Origin: Candidatus Sulfotelmatobacter sp.
Lineage (GTDB): Bacteria > Acidobacteriota > Terriglobia > Terriglobales > Acidobacteriaceae
Reading direction: 5' to 3'
Assembly (NCBI GenBank): GCA_017883385.1
Contig: JADGNQ010000013.1
Coordinates: 6,083 to 70,082, forward strand
Length of the DNA stretch: 64,000 nucleotides
Position 1 is the stretch's first letter; every line of letters begins with the position of its first letter. This document shows positions 7,985 to 17,228 of the stretch, in pieces. The notes below the pieces were generated by a model. It worked only from the letters and a program-made list of their open reading frames with translations, was not told the DNA's origin and did no database searches. A program made the translations under genes and the position numbers.

Positions 7985-8311
7985 CTATCTGCGCTGCTGC
8001 TGGAGGGAGGCGTCCCCAGCAGCATGCGGAAGATCGGCGCTACTCATCTCCGCGGCGCGCTTTACTTTTCTTTACGTTGTTCTCCCATCGAATCGGCTCC
8101 TTTGCGTCTGTTCGCGCCGGCATCCTGCCGCGCTGGTCCTCCGAAATCGTGATGTTGTGAATTACAATACATCCATTGATCCGGGTTCGCCGTCTTAGAA
8201 CTGACTGGAAGGCTCACAAACGAAGGAGGTTGTGGTAGCAGTGCCGGTCCGGTTCGACCTTCCAACAGAGATCTGTTGCGCCACCGCTCTTGCGCTTTGA
8301 TCTCAACCCTT

Positions 8312-9583
8312 ATGCGCTCCAGGTACTTTTGGATATCCGCCGCGGCTGCGATGTTTTTTCTGTTGCTCGTAGGGGCAGGCAATGGACAAAATACGACGCT
8401 GATCAGTCTTGATCAGGCCATCGATCTGGCGCTGGCGCACAACCATGCGATCAAAGCCTCGCGAACTCTGATTCTTCAGAATCAGGCCCAGGAGATCACC
8501 GCGAACCTCCGCCCCAATCCAACCCTCAGCGCGGATACGCAGTTCGTCCCATTTTTCAGCCCGCAAGATTTCTCCGGGGACAATCTGAACAACGTACAGC
8601 AATTCGACATTGGAATCGGTTACCTTTTCGAGCGCGGTCACAAGCGGCAACGGCGACTGCAAGCCGCTCGCGACCAGACGGCCGTCACTCGTGCCCAAGT
8701 CACCGACGCCGAACGAACCCTGGCTTTTAACGTTGGCCAGCAGTTCGTAAGCGTCTTACTGGCGGAATCCACCCTCCAATTTGCGCTCGAGGATCTGAAG
8801 GGCTTTCAGCAAACGGTCGACATCGGCGAGGCGCAACTCAAAGCCGGGTACATTGGCGAAGGTGACTATCTAAAAATCAAGCTGCAGCTTCTGCAGTTTC
8901 AGACGGACGTCTCTTCTGCCCGCCTGGCGAAAGTGCAGGCGCTGGTCGCTTTGCGTGGGTTCCTGGGCTACAACGCGGTGCCTGCGGATTACGATGTGAT
9001 TGGCGATCTGGCGTACCAGTCCATTCAGGCGAAGCTGGAAGACCTGGAAATGAAAGCGCTGCGCGAGCGCCCCGACTACCAGGCCGCGGAATTAGGCGTC
9101 ACGGCGGCCCGGAGCCAGATTTCGCTGGCCAAAGCAAACGCCAAGGTCGACGTAAATGGAACGTACGACTTTAGCCATGTTGCCAGCGAAACGACCGGTT
9201 CGATTTTCGTAGGTTTTGACTTGCCCATCTTCAATCGCAATCAAGGGGAAATCGCACGCACCGGTTATGCGCTCACTCAGGCTGAGGAACAGCAGCAAGC
9301 GGCGAGCGACACAGTTCTCTCCGATGTTGCCAATGCGTACGAAGCGGTCAGGAGTAACGATGAAGTCGTGCAACTCTACACTTCCGGTTACCTCAAGCAG
9401 GCGCAGGATTCACGTGATATCAGCGAGTACGCGTACAAACGCGGCGCCGCCAGCCTGCTGGACTTTCTCGACGCAGAGCGCAGTTACCGGTCGGTTCAAC
9501 TGGCCTATCGCCAGGCGCTGGCCTCTTACATGACCGCATTGGAGCAGCTGAAGGAAGCGGTGGGAACGAGGAATTTGCCATGA
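8312..9583 (+). CDS. czcC: TolC-family outer membrane efflux protein (CzcC-like)
   Basis: Start at ATG 8312, giving the signal peptide MRSRYFWISAAAAMFFLLLVGAGNGQ. It has two OEP-type repeats. The stop overlaps the next gene's start (ATGA at 9580-9583). Confidence 0.8.
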   Translation: MRSRYFWISAAAAMFFLLLVGAGNGQNTTLISLDQAIDLALAHNHAIKASRTLILQNQAQEITANLRPNPTLSADTQFVPFFSPQDFSGDNLNNVQQFDIGIGYLFERGHKRQRRLQAARDQTAVTRAQVTDAERTLAFNVGQQFVSVLLAESTLQFALEDLKGFQQTVDIGEAQLKAGYIGEGDYLKIKLQLLQFQTDVSSARLAKVQALVALRGFLGYNAVPADYDVIGDLAYQSIQAKLEDLEMKALRERPDYQAAELGVTAARSQISLAKANAKVDVNGTYDFSHVASETTGSIFVGFDLPIFNRNQGEIARTGYALTQAEEQQQAASDTVLSDVANAYEAVRSNDEVVQLYTSGYLKQAQDSRDISEYAYKRGAASLLDFLDAERSYRSVQLAYRQALASYMTALEQLKEAVGTRNLP

Positions 9584-10737
9584 ATGTGTGCCGTGGGCCA
9601 CAGTGGGCTGCAGTTGTTGCCCTATCCGCCCTGCTGCTGACGCTCGCCGCTTGCAATGGCTCGGGTTCCGCCGCCGACGCGGGCGGGCCGAAAAACTCAA
9701 GCAATGCGGATCTGTTTACCATTCCTCAGGACCAGATGTCGCACGTGCAGGTCCTGACGGTTCAGCCCACAACGCTGACTCGGTCGCTCCGGCTCACCGG
9801 AGCAGTAGCGTACAACAGTTTTCGCACTACGCCGGTCATCACCCAGGTGAGTGGTCCCGTCAGCCGAATCGTGGTGGTCCCCGGACAAAAAATAACACAG
9901 GGCGAGCCCATGCTGTACGTGGCAAGTCCGGATTACTCGCAACTCCGCACCAATTTCCTGAAAGCCAAAGATGCGTACGCCCTCGCGCAAAAGGCCAGCG
10001 CCCGAGCCCAGGACCTATACCAGCATCATGCGATTGCGGAACAGGTTTTGGAGCAGGCGCAGTCGGTCGAGGTACAGGCACGAGGCGACCTGGTCTCCGC
10101 GCAAGCCGCATTGAAAGTCATGGGAATCACCGATCCCGATGCCCTGGTGAAAGCTCCGCCTTCTTTTGAGGTTCCAGTGAAAGCGCCGATCAGCGGCTTG
10201 GTGGTTGAGCAGGACGTGTCTGCCGGGCAGTTGCTCCAGTCTGGCGCCACCCAATGCTTCATGATTTCCGACACCAGCAATGTCTGGGTACTGGTGAATG
10301 TCTATCAGAAGGATTTGCCTTACGTGCGCGTCGGAGATACGGTCACAATTCAGACCGACACTTATCCTGAAGTTTTCCACGGGCGCATTTCGTACGTCGC
10401 GGCGTCGCTGGATCCAGCCACGCGGACGCTGCAGGCGCGCATTGATACCAAAAACCCTGGCGAGAAGCTGAAGAAAGATATGTACGTGGTGGCAATGGTA
10501 AACGCGGGTGCGATCCGGAATGCCATTGCACTGCCGGACTCTGCTGTCTTGCGCGATACCGAAAACCAGCCTTTTGTTTACGCCGCCGCGTCTTCGAACC
10601 AGTTCGGCAGACGCTCGGTAACGCTGGGAGAGAGTTTGAATGGGCAGACGGAAATCACCAGCGGACTGAAATCGGGCGACCAGGTCGTAGGCAATGGGAG
10701 CTTGTTCCTGCAGTTTGCCAACTCCCAGCAGCGCTAG
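9580..10737 (+). CDS. czcB: RND efflux periplasmic adaptor (membrane fusion protein, CzcB-like)
   Basis: Lipoprotein-type N-terminus LLLTLAAC. It has the HlyD/MFP layout (lipoyl, hairpin, beta-barrel segments) and sits between the OMF and RND genes. Confidence 0.85.
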   Translation: MNVCRGPQWAAVVALSALLLTLAACNGSGSAADAGGPKNSSNADLFTIPQDQMSHVQVLTVQPTTLTRSLRLTGAVAYNSFRTTPVITQVSGPVSRIVVVPGQKITQGEPMLYVASPDYSQLRTNFLKAKDAYALAQKASARAQDLYQHHAIAEQVLEQAQSVEVQARGDLVSAQAALKVMGITDPDALVKAPPSFEVPVKAPISGLVVEQDVSAGQLLQSGATQCFMISDTSNVWVLVNVYQKDLPYVRVGDTVTIQTDTYPEVFHGRISYVAASLDPATRTLQARIDTKNPGEKLKKDMYVVAMVNAGAIRNAIALPDSAVLRDTENQPFVYAAASSNQFGRRSVTLGESLNGQTEITSGLKSGDQVVGNGSLFLQFANSQQR

Positions 10738-10802
10738 CCGGATGGCCAGGCTTTGAGAAACGCTTCAAAAATTCTGGAAAGAATGGTGTCCACCTCAACG
10801 GA

Positions 10803-13800
10803 ATGATTCACCGAATAGTCCAAGCGGCGCTGCGGCAAAAATTCCTGGTGCTGATGCTGACCGGCTTCATCACGGTCGGGGGAATCCTGTCGTTTCAGCG
10901 GATGCCGGTGGACGCCTATCCCGACCTCTCGCCTCCGCAGGTCGAAATCATTACCCAGTGGCCAGACCATGCTGCCGAAGAAGTCGAACGACTGGTCACG
11001 CTTCCTCTTGAACTCGAGATGAACGGCGTCCCACACATGGTGGTGATGCGGTCCATCTCGCTCTATGGGCTTTCCGATGTAATCCTCACGTTCGAAGAGA
11101 GCACCGACAGCTATTTCGCTCGGCAAATCGTGTTTGAAAGGCTCGCTCAAGCCACTCTTCCGACGGGAGTAACTCCCAACCTGTCGCCCCTGTTCAGCCC
11201 TAGCGGCCTGGTATATCGCTATGTTCTGGAAAGCCCCGACCGCTCGCCTCAGGAACTGAAGACGATAGAGACTTGGGTGGTGGAGCGCGCCTATCGATCC
11301 GTTCCCGGCGTAGCTGACGACTCAGGTTTCGGCGGAACGGTGATGCAATACCAGGTTCTGCTTGACCCGGCGCGTATCTACGGCTACCACCTGACCATTC
11401 CGCAAGTCACTGCTGCTCTGGCAGCCAATAACTCGAACTCTGGCGGCGGATTCTACTCGCAGGGTGGACAGTTCTATTACGTTCGCGGCATAGGGCTGGT
11501 ACGAAACACAGCAGACATTGAGAACGTAGTCGTTGGCGCTAACAAGGGCGTGCCCATCCGAGTGCATGATGTCGGGGACGTAACGATCGGGCATGCGCCA
11601 CGACTGGGTCAATTCGGCTTCCAGAAGAATGGCGATGCCGTCGAGGGCGTCATCCTCATGCTGCGCGGGGAGCAGACGCAGAACGTCCTCAAGGGTGTCG
11701 AAGCCAAAACCGAGGAACTGAATAAACGAATCCTCCCGCCTGACGTCAAGATCCATCCTTATTACGACCGCAGCGAGTTGGTCGACCTGACCACCGACAC
11801 CGTGGAAGCGAATCTGCTTCGCGGCATGGTGCTGGTTTTGATCGTGCTGATTTTCTTCCTGGTCAGCTTCCGCGCCGCCGTCATTGTTGCCCTCACCATT
11901 CCGCTCTCGCTTTTGTTTGCCTTCATCGTGCTCCACGCGCACGACGTTGCCGCGAATCTGCTTTCGATTGGGGCGATTGATTTTGGGATTGTCATCGACG
12001 GCACCGTGGTAATGATCGAGAACATTTATCGCGAATTGGCGTTACGGGAGGGACAGCAGTACAACCTGCACGAAGTTATTCTTGCCGCTGCGAAAGATGT
12101 GGATCGCCCGATTTTCTATTCGGTCGCCGTCATCCTCGCCGGATATCTGCCGATTTACGCGTTAAGCGGGCCGTCGGGAAAACTGTTCCACCCGATGGCA
12201 GAGACGATGTCGTTCGCCTTGGTGGGAGCCCTCATCCTCACGCTCACGCTGATCCCCGTACTCGCCTCCTACTGGTTCAAGAAGGGCGTGCGCGAGAAAC
12301 CGAATCGTACTTTCGAATGGATGAAGAGCAAATACGCCGTTCAGCTGGATTGGGCCCTCGATCGGCCCAAGACCACCATCCTGATCGCGACCCTGATCTT
12401 TGGAGCGACCCTGTTGCTGGTGCCATTCATTGGCGGTGAATTCATGCCTCACCTCGACGAGGGTGCGCTCTGGGTTCGGGCCACCATGCCGTATACCATT
12501 TCCTTCGAGGAAGCCAGCAGCATCGCTCCTCAGATACGCGACATTCTGATGTCTTATCCACAGGTTACTGTGGTCGGTTCGGAACTAGGACGCCCTGACG
12601 ATGGCACCGACCCCACGGGCTTTTTCAACTGCGAGTTCTACGTTGGCCTGAAGCCATATAAAGACAAGTCCTGGACTGGCGGGATCAGTGAGAAGAAACA
12701 GCTCATCGAATCGATCAACAAGAAGCTCATGGCCTTCCCCGGGATTATTTTCAACTATACCCAGCCGGCCGAAGACGCTGTGGACGAAGCCCTCACCGGA
12801 CTCAAGAGTTCGTTGGCGGTCAAAATCTACGGCGAAGACTTGAGCGTACTGCAGGACAAAGCGATCCAGATCAAGAACGTACTCTCCCAGGTGCCCGGGT
12901 TCGCTGAACTCACAGTAGTGCGCGAACTGGGCCAACCCAGCCTGCTTGTCGATGTCGATCGGGACAAGATTGCACGGTACGGGATCAACGTAGCGGACGT
13001 AGAAGCTGTGATTTCGGCCGCAGTCGGCGGCCAGGCAGTCACGCAAGTCATTCAGGGAGAGAAGCTGTTCGATCTTGTCGTCCGCATGCAACCCCAGTTC
13101 CGCAGCAGCGCGCATGAGATTGGAAATCTCCTGGTGGGCACGCCCGACGGACAGCAGATCCCGCTCAGCCAACTCGCCAATATTACTCAGGGGAACGGGG
13201 CGTCCTTCATCTATCGCGAAAACAACTCCCGCTACATCGGGGTGCAATACAGTGTCGAGGGTCGTGATTTGGAGCGGGCGGTGCGAGACGGCCAGGCGGC
13301 TGTCCAGAAGGTCGTAACCCTGCCTCTGGGTTACCGGATGGAATGGGGCGGCGAATACAGCCAGTTTCTCGAAGCGAAATCACAGATGTATTTCATTGGT
13401 CCGCTTGCCGTAGTGCTGATTTTCATGATCTTGTTTGCGCTCTACGGAAATTTCAAATTCCCCGTCACTATTGCCCTCGGTGTCGTCATGACTGAGCCAG
13501 TGGGCGCGCTGGTTGCGCTGAAACTCACTCACACCCCATTCAGCGTTTCCTCAGTCCTTGGTCTTCTGGCGTTGCTGGGAGTTTCAGTAGAGACTGCCGT
13601 CATTCTCGTTTCCTACATCAACAAGTTGCGCCAGGAGGGCATGGCAATTCGCGCGGCCACTCGGGAAGCTTCACTGCTTCGCCTTCGTCCGATCATGATG
13701 ACGGCCCTGGTTGCCTGCCTGGGATTGTTGCCGGCTGCCCTTTCCACTGGCATTGGATCGGACACGCAAAGGCCGTTCGCCATCGTCATTGTGGCTGGGC

Positions 13801-13886
13801 TCATTTCCCGCCTCTTTATCGGATTCTTCGTCAATCCCGTGTTGTACGAAATGGTTGCCCGCGACGGCGATGTACTCCAGGTTTGA
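10803..13886 (+). CDS. czcA: Heavy-metal efflux RND permease, CzcA/CusA family
   Basis: 1027 aa with 12-TM RND architecture. TM4 carries AIDFGIVIDGTVVMIEN, which is the DFG-DG(A/T)-xEN signature of divalent-cation HME-RND pumps. Confidence 0.9.
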   Translation: MIHRIVQAALRQKFLVLMLTGFITVGGILSFQRMPVDAYPDLSPPQVEIITQWPDHAAEEVERLVTLPLELEMNGVPHMVVMRSISLYGLSDVILTFEESTDSYFARQIVFERLAQATLPTGVTPNLSPLFSPSGLVYRYVLESPDRSPQELKTIETWVVERAYRSVPGVADDSGFGGTVMQYQVLLDPARIYGYHLTIPQVTAALAANNSNSGGGFYSQGGQFYYVRGIGLVRNTADIENVVVGANKGVPIRVHDVGDVTIGHAPRLGQFGFQKNGDAVEGVILMLRGEQTQNVLKGVEAKTEELNKRILPPDVKIHPYYDRSELVDLTTDTVEANLLRGMVLVLIVLIFFLVSFRAAVIVALTIPLSLLFAFIVLHAHDVAANLLSIGAIDFGIVIDGTVVMIENIYRELALREGQQYNLHEVILAAAKDVDRPIFYSVAVILAGYLPIYALSGPSGKLFHPMAETMSFALVGALILTLTLIPVLASYWFKKGVREKPNRTFEWMKSKYAVQLDWALDRPKTTILIATLIFGATLLLVPFIGGEFMPHLDEGALWVRATMPYTISFEEASSIAPQIRDILMSYPQVTVVGSELGRPDDGTDPTGFFNCEFYVGLKPYKDKSWTGGISEKKQLIESINKKLMAFPGIIFNYTQPAEDAVDEALTGLKSSLAVKIYGEDLSVLQDKAIQIKNVLSQVPGFAELTVVRELGQPSLLVDVDRDKIARYGINVADVEAVISAAVGGQAVTQVIQGEKLFDLVVRMQPQFRSSAHEIGNLLVGTPDGQQIPLSQLANITQGNGASFIYRENNSRYIGVQYSVEGRDLERAVRDGQAAVQKVVTLPLGYRMEWGGEYSQFLEAKSQMYFIGPLAVVLIFMILFALYGNFKFPVTIALGVVMTEPVGALVALKLTHTPFSVSSVLGLLALLGVSVETAVILVSYINKLRQEGMAIRAATREASLLRLRPIMMTALVACLGLLPAALSTGIGSDTQRPFAIVIVAGLISRLFIGFFVNPVLYEMVARDGDVLQV

Positions 13887-13948
13887 ATGAAACCTGCCGC
13901 AATTGACCCGTTCGCGTACACTCTTTCACGCGGTAAGTTTCCTCTGGC

Positions 13949-14428
13949 ATGCTCCCGATCACGGCGCTGGTGCACACGAACAATGACGCTCTCCGGCTGG
14001 GACGCTGCCTGGAGACGATCTATCCGTGCGACGACCTGCTGATCGTCGACCACGGCTCCCGCGATGGAACGGTGCAGGTAGCGCGCGAATACGGCGCGCG
14101 AATTATGTCCGCCGAGCCCGGAGCTTCCCCCGACCACTATCTTCGAACCGCTCCGGGATGGATCTTGTGCCTCGACCCGCGCGAATCTCTGACCGAGAAC
14201 CTAGCGGCCAGCCTTTTCGAGTGGAAATCTCTTCCTGGCGACGCTCGCGGGAGCCCCGCCTTCTCGGTCTTCCTCCGCGAAGAAACCGCCCGCGGCTGGG
14301 TGGAAGTCCCCGCAGCACAGACCCGCCTCGTTCCCCGAACCTGGAGCCTCTGGAGCGGAAGGTTTCCGCTTCCCGAACCCTTAGCGTCCGTCCTGGAGGG
14401 GGAGCTCTTGCGCTTTGTTTTCCCTTAA
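13949..14428 (+). CDS. Short glycosyltransferase family 2-like protein
   Basis: ITALVHTNNDALRLGRCLETI...LLIVDHGSRDGT resembles the GT2 N-terminus. The usual DxD/DADE position reads LDPRE. At 159 aa it is shorter than typical GT2 enzymes. Confidence 0.55.
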   Translation: MLPITALVHTNNDALRLGRCLETIYPCDDLLIVDHGSRDGTVQVAREYGARIMSAEPGASPDHYLRTAPGWILCLDPRESLTENLAASLFEWKSLPGDARGSPAFSVFLREETARGWVEVPAAQTRLVPRTWSLWSGRFPLPEPLASVLEGELLRFVFP

Positions 14429-14452
14429 GAGTAGGCTTCTCCCGATCAGGAG

Positions 14453-14479
14453 TCACATCTTGTTGTGATTTTAATCACA
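14453..14479. promoter_or_regulatory. CRP/FNR-family type operator: TCACA-N6-TGTGA-N6-TCACA
   Basis: TGTGATTTTAATCACA (14464-14479) is a perfect 16-bp palindrome equal to the CRP half-site consensus TGTGA-N6-TCACA. A third half-site, TCACA, lies at 14453-14457 with the same 6-nt spacing. The palindrome ends 76 bp upstream of the cytochrome c ATG. Confidence 0.55.
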
Positions 14480-14554
14480 GTCCGCTTCCGGCCCCGCATC
14501 TAGACTGCGCTGTTGTGGCAAATTGGGGCCTCATAAGCCCCCTAGGAGAAAGAT

Positions 14555-15001
14555 ATGCGTGTAATGAAATTCATCAGCTTGGCTGTAATCGTGGTAATGA
14601 TCTCGGCTTTGGCCGTGGCGCAGCAGGCCCCGGCACAAGCTCCGCCCGCAGTGAAGCACGTTCCCATCACTAACGCCCCGTCGAACTCGGGCAAAGACAT
14701 GTTCAGCAGCTATTGTGCTGTTTGCCACGGGAAAGACGGCACGGGCGCCGGCCCGGCTGCCTCCGCGATGAAGACTCCGCCGACCGACTTGACGGTCCTG
14801 GCTCAGAAAAATGGCGGGAAGTACCCCGGAGCGCACGTCGCCGCCGTAATCCGCGGGCAGGCCGGCTTGGCATCCCACGGCAGCGCAGATATGCCCGTGT
14901 GGGGTCCGCTCTTCTCCAGCATCAGCCAGGGCCACGAGGGGCAAGTCCAGCAGAGAGTTGCCAACCTGGTTAGCTACATTGAGACTCTGCAAGCGAAGTA
15001 G
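14555..15001 (+). CDS. Class I c-type cytochrome (secreted)
   Basis: AGGAGA Shine-Dalgarno and a signal peptide. It has the haem-binding CAVCH and a distal Met in DMPVWG. Confidence 0.85.
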   Translation: MRVMKFISLAVIVVMISALAVAQQAPAQAPPAVKHVPITNAPSNSGKDMFSSYCAVCHGKDGTGAGPAASAMKTPPTDLTVLAQKNGGKYPGAHVAAVIRGQAGLASHGSADMPVWGPLFSSISQGHEGQVQQRVANLVSYIETLQAK

Positions 15002-15245
15002 TTGCAACAGGCGTGTTGCGCAAATGATGCCGGCTCCGGGGCGTGTTCCGTGCACGTCCCGGGGCTTCAGCGTCGGCCCCGGGCCAAGCCCCAACCCGTG
15101 GGCACCGCCTCCGTCAGTCCACCGTGCGCTGGTAACTCCGCAGGGGTCAATGGCTTACTATCCACTGTCCGTTTGGACAGTGACTTCAGTACCTTAGTGC
15201 TCACCCGGTTAATCGACTTATAATCCAACCAAGATCGAGAAATAT

Positions 15246-16232
15246 TTGCGTTCTTCAGGGACGTTCACGCCCACCAGCGTGTGCGGCCAATGCGAGATCG
15301 TTAGAGACCAAGTGGATCCTGTCATAGCATCGGCGGTTTTTGTCCTGGGGCTGGCCTTCGGCAGCTTCCTGAACGTGTGCATCTATCGTCTGCCGCTGGG
15401 CTTGTCAGTCATCACGCCGCGCTCGGCTTGCCCCGAGTGCAAGCACGGCATCGCCATGTATGACAATATGCCGGTCGTGAGTTGGCTGATCCTGCGTGGG
15501 CGTTGCCGCCAGTGCAAGACAAAGATTTCGCCGCGCTATCTGATCATTGAGTTGCTTACGGGCGTGATGTTCCTGGCCTGTTACTGGTATTTCGGATTAA
15601 CACTGTCCACGCTGAAATACTGCACGTTCGCGTTCCTGCTGCTGGGGCTCATCTTTACCGACGCTGAAACCAAGCTGCTGCCGGACAAAATGACCCTGCC
15701 CGGACTGGCGCTAGGCGTGGTCTTCAGCCTGATCATTCCCGTGAATGACCTGGCTTCTCAATTCCTGCCCGGAGTAGTGAACCTGCCCTTCAGCGGCGAT
15801 GTTTCCGCGCGGATTCTTTCCCTGCTCGATTCCCTGCTGGGCGCGGCCCTCGGCGCTTCGTTCATCTACGGCGCGGGCGCCATTTACTTGCGATGGCGCG
15901 GAACGGAAGGCATGGGCTTTGGCGACGTCAAGCTGATGGCCATGGTGGGCGCGTTTCTGGGAATGAAGCTGACCGTTTTCACAATCTTCACCGCTTCGCT
16001 GGCGGGATCGTTGGTCGGACTGGCCACAGTTTTTGTGGTTTGGCTGAAACGCACGCATCGCTTTATGCGGCGACTGGCCAACGCGCAAGCGGCACGGCGC
16101 CGGGGATGGCAATCCGCCCAGATGGTCTTGCGTTATTACCAGATGCCATTCGGCGTCTTTCTTGGCAGCATGGCGCTGTTCGCCTTCTTCTTCGGTAATC
16201 AATTCTTGCGCTGGTACGGGAGGCTCTGGTGA
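15246..16232 (+). CDS. pilD: Prepilin peptidase (A24 family, PilD/GspO-like)
   Basis: The N-terminal zinc motif is CPECKH...CRQCK. The catalytic regions include GFGDVKLMAMVGAFLG, and the protein is polytopic. The true start may be the in-frame GTG at 15312. Confidence 0.85.
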   Translation: MRSSGTFTPTSVCGQCEIVRDQVDPVIASAVFVLGLAFGSFLNVCIYRLPLGLSVITPRSACPECKHGIAMYDNMPVVSWLILRGRCRQCKTKISPRYLIIELLTGVMFLACYWYFGLTLSTLKYCTFAFLLLGLIFTDAETKLLPDKMTLPGLALGVVFSLIIPVNDLASQFLPGVVNLPFSGDVSARILSLLDSLLGAALGASFIYGAGAIYLRWRGTEGMGFGDVKLMAMVGAFLGMKLTVFTIFTASLAGSLVGLATVFVVWLKRTHRFMRRLANAQAARRRGWQSAQMVLRYYQMPFGVFLGSMALFAFFFGNQFLRWYGRLW

Positions 16233-17155
16233 GAATCCTGGCCAACCCCGTAATCCTGCGCGCGGCGGTCGCACTGTTCTGCGCGACCTTTGCCTTCTTG
16301 CTGGGCCTGGTCCTCATGCGCCTGCTGCGCAAGAGCATCGAGGAAGATGCCGACATCTCCGAGCCTACGCCCTCGCTGGAGGCGCTGCCCATGCACCTGT
16401 ACAACACGGTGATCCAGCAACTGAAGCAGCAGAAGAATGAACTTCAGGTGCAGTCGCAAGCCGAGCAACATCGGGCCCGGACCACCGAAACGTTCAGCCA
16501 TACCGTGCTCTCCAATCTTTCCTGCGGTGTACTGGTATTTGGAATCAACGGCCTGGTTAAGACGAGCAATCCTGCCGCGAAACAGATCTTGGGCTTCGCT
16601 TCCACGACGGGAATGAACGCGGAGGATATTTTTCGCGGCGCCGTGATCAGCCACAGGCGCCAGTGCGAGGCCAGCGCTTTCGCCGACGAAAGCATCGATG
16701 AAGCCGTGAACGAGTCCGTTTGTCTATCCGATGAAGTCAACGCTGTACTGCGCGAAGGCAGCAAGCGCCGCCAGGTCGAAGCCGAAATCGAGACACCGGC
16801 GGGCGAGAGGCGCTTTATCGCCCTCACGGTTTCTCCGGTGCCGGCTGCTGATGGCAGCCTGCTCGGTGTCGCCTGCCTGATCAATGACCTCAGCGAACTG
16901 GAGCGCATTCGGCGCCAGCAGGAATTGCAGGGCGAGATCTCGGCCGAGAAGGCGCTCCAATTGCGCGCCTCGCTGGCCACGATTTCGGGCTACGCACAGC
17001 AACTAGCCAACAGCCGCGATCCCGAACTGGCGAAGCAACTCGCCGGCGACATCGTAAGTGAGGCGACGCAACTGGATTGCAGCATTGGAGGATTCTTGGC
17101 GGAAAAGCGCGTCGCGCAAAGCGTGGCCGCAGGAGCGGGATCGACGAATTCGTAA
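16229..17155 (+). CDS. Membrane-anchored PAS protein with a degenerate HisKA (DHp) segment and no ATPase domain
   Basis: GTG start with GGGAGG 5 nt upstream, overlapping the pilD stop (GTGA). There is one N-terminal TM helix. A PAS-like core follows (GVLVFGINGLVKTSNPAAKQILG...). The H-box-like ALQLRASLATISGYAQQL has Leu where the phospho-His of SHELRTPL would be. The protein ends about 50 aa later. Confidence 0.7.
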   Translation: MRILANPVILRAAVALFCATFAFLLGLVLMRLLRKSIEEDADISEPTPSLEALPMHLYNTVIQQLKQQKNELQVQSQAEQHRARTTETFSHTVLSNLSCGVLVFGINGLVKTSNPAAKQILGFASTTGMNAEDIFRGAVISHRRQCEASAFADESIDEAVNESVCLSDEVNAVLREGSKRRQVEAEIETPAGERRFIALTVSPVPAADGSLLGVACLINDLSELERIRRQQELQGEISAEKALQLRASLATISGYAQQLANSRDPELAKQLAGDIVSEATQLDCSIGGFLAEKRVAQSVAAGAGSTNS

Positions 17156-17228
17156 GGTATTGATCGTAACCGGGGCGGCGGATTCTGCCGCTTCGGCGAA
17201 CAAGACTCAAAGGGAAAAGGTGGAAGTT

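Noticed and set aside
8151-8175. An AT-richer imperfect palindrome, TTGTGAATTACAA, upstream of the czcCBA operon, considered as a possible metal-regulator operator or CRP-like site.
   Set aside because: There are two mismatches in a 13-nt palindrome. The right half (ATACA) is a poor match to TCACA. No MerR/ArsR or two-component regulator gene is adjacent to support it.
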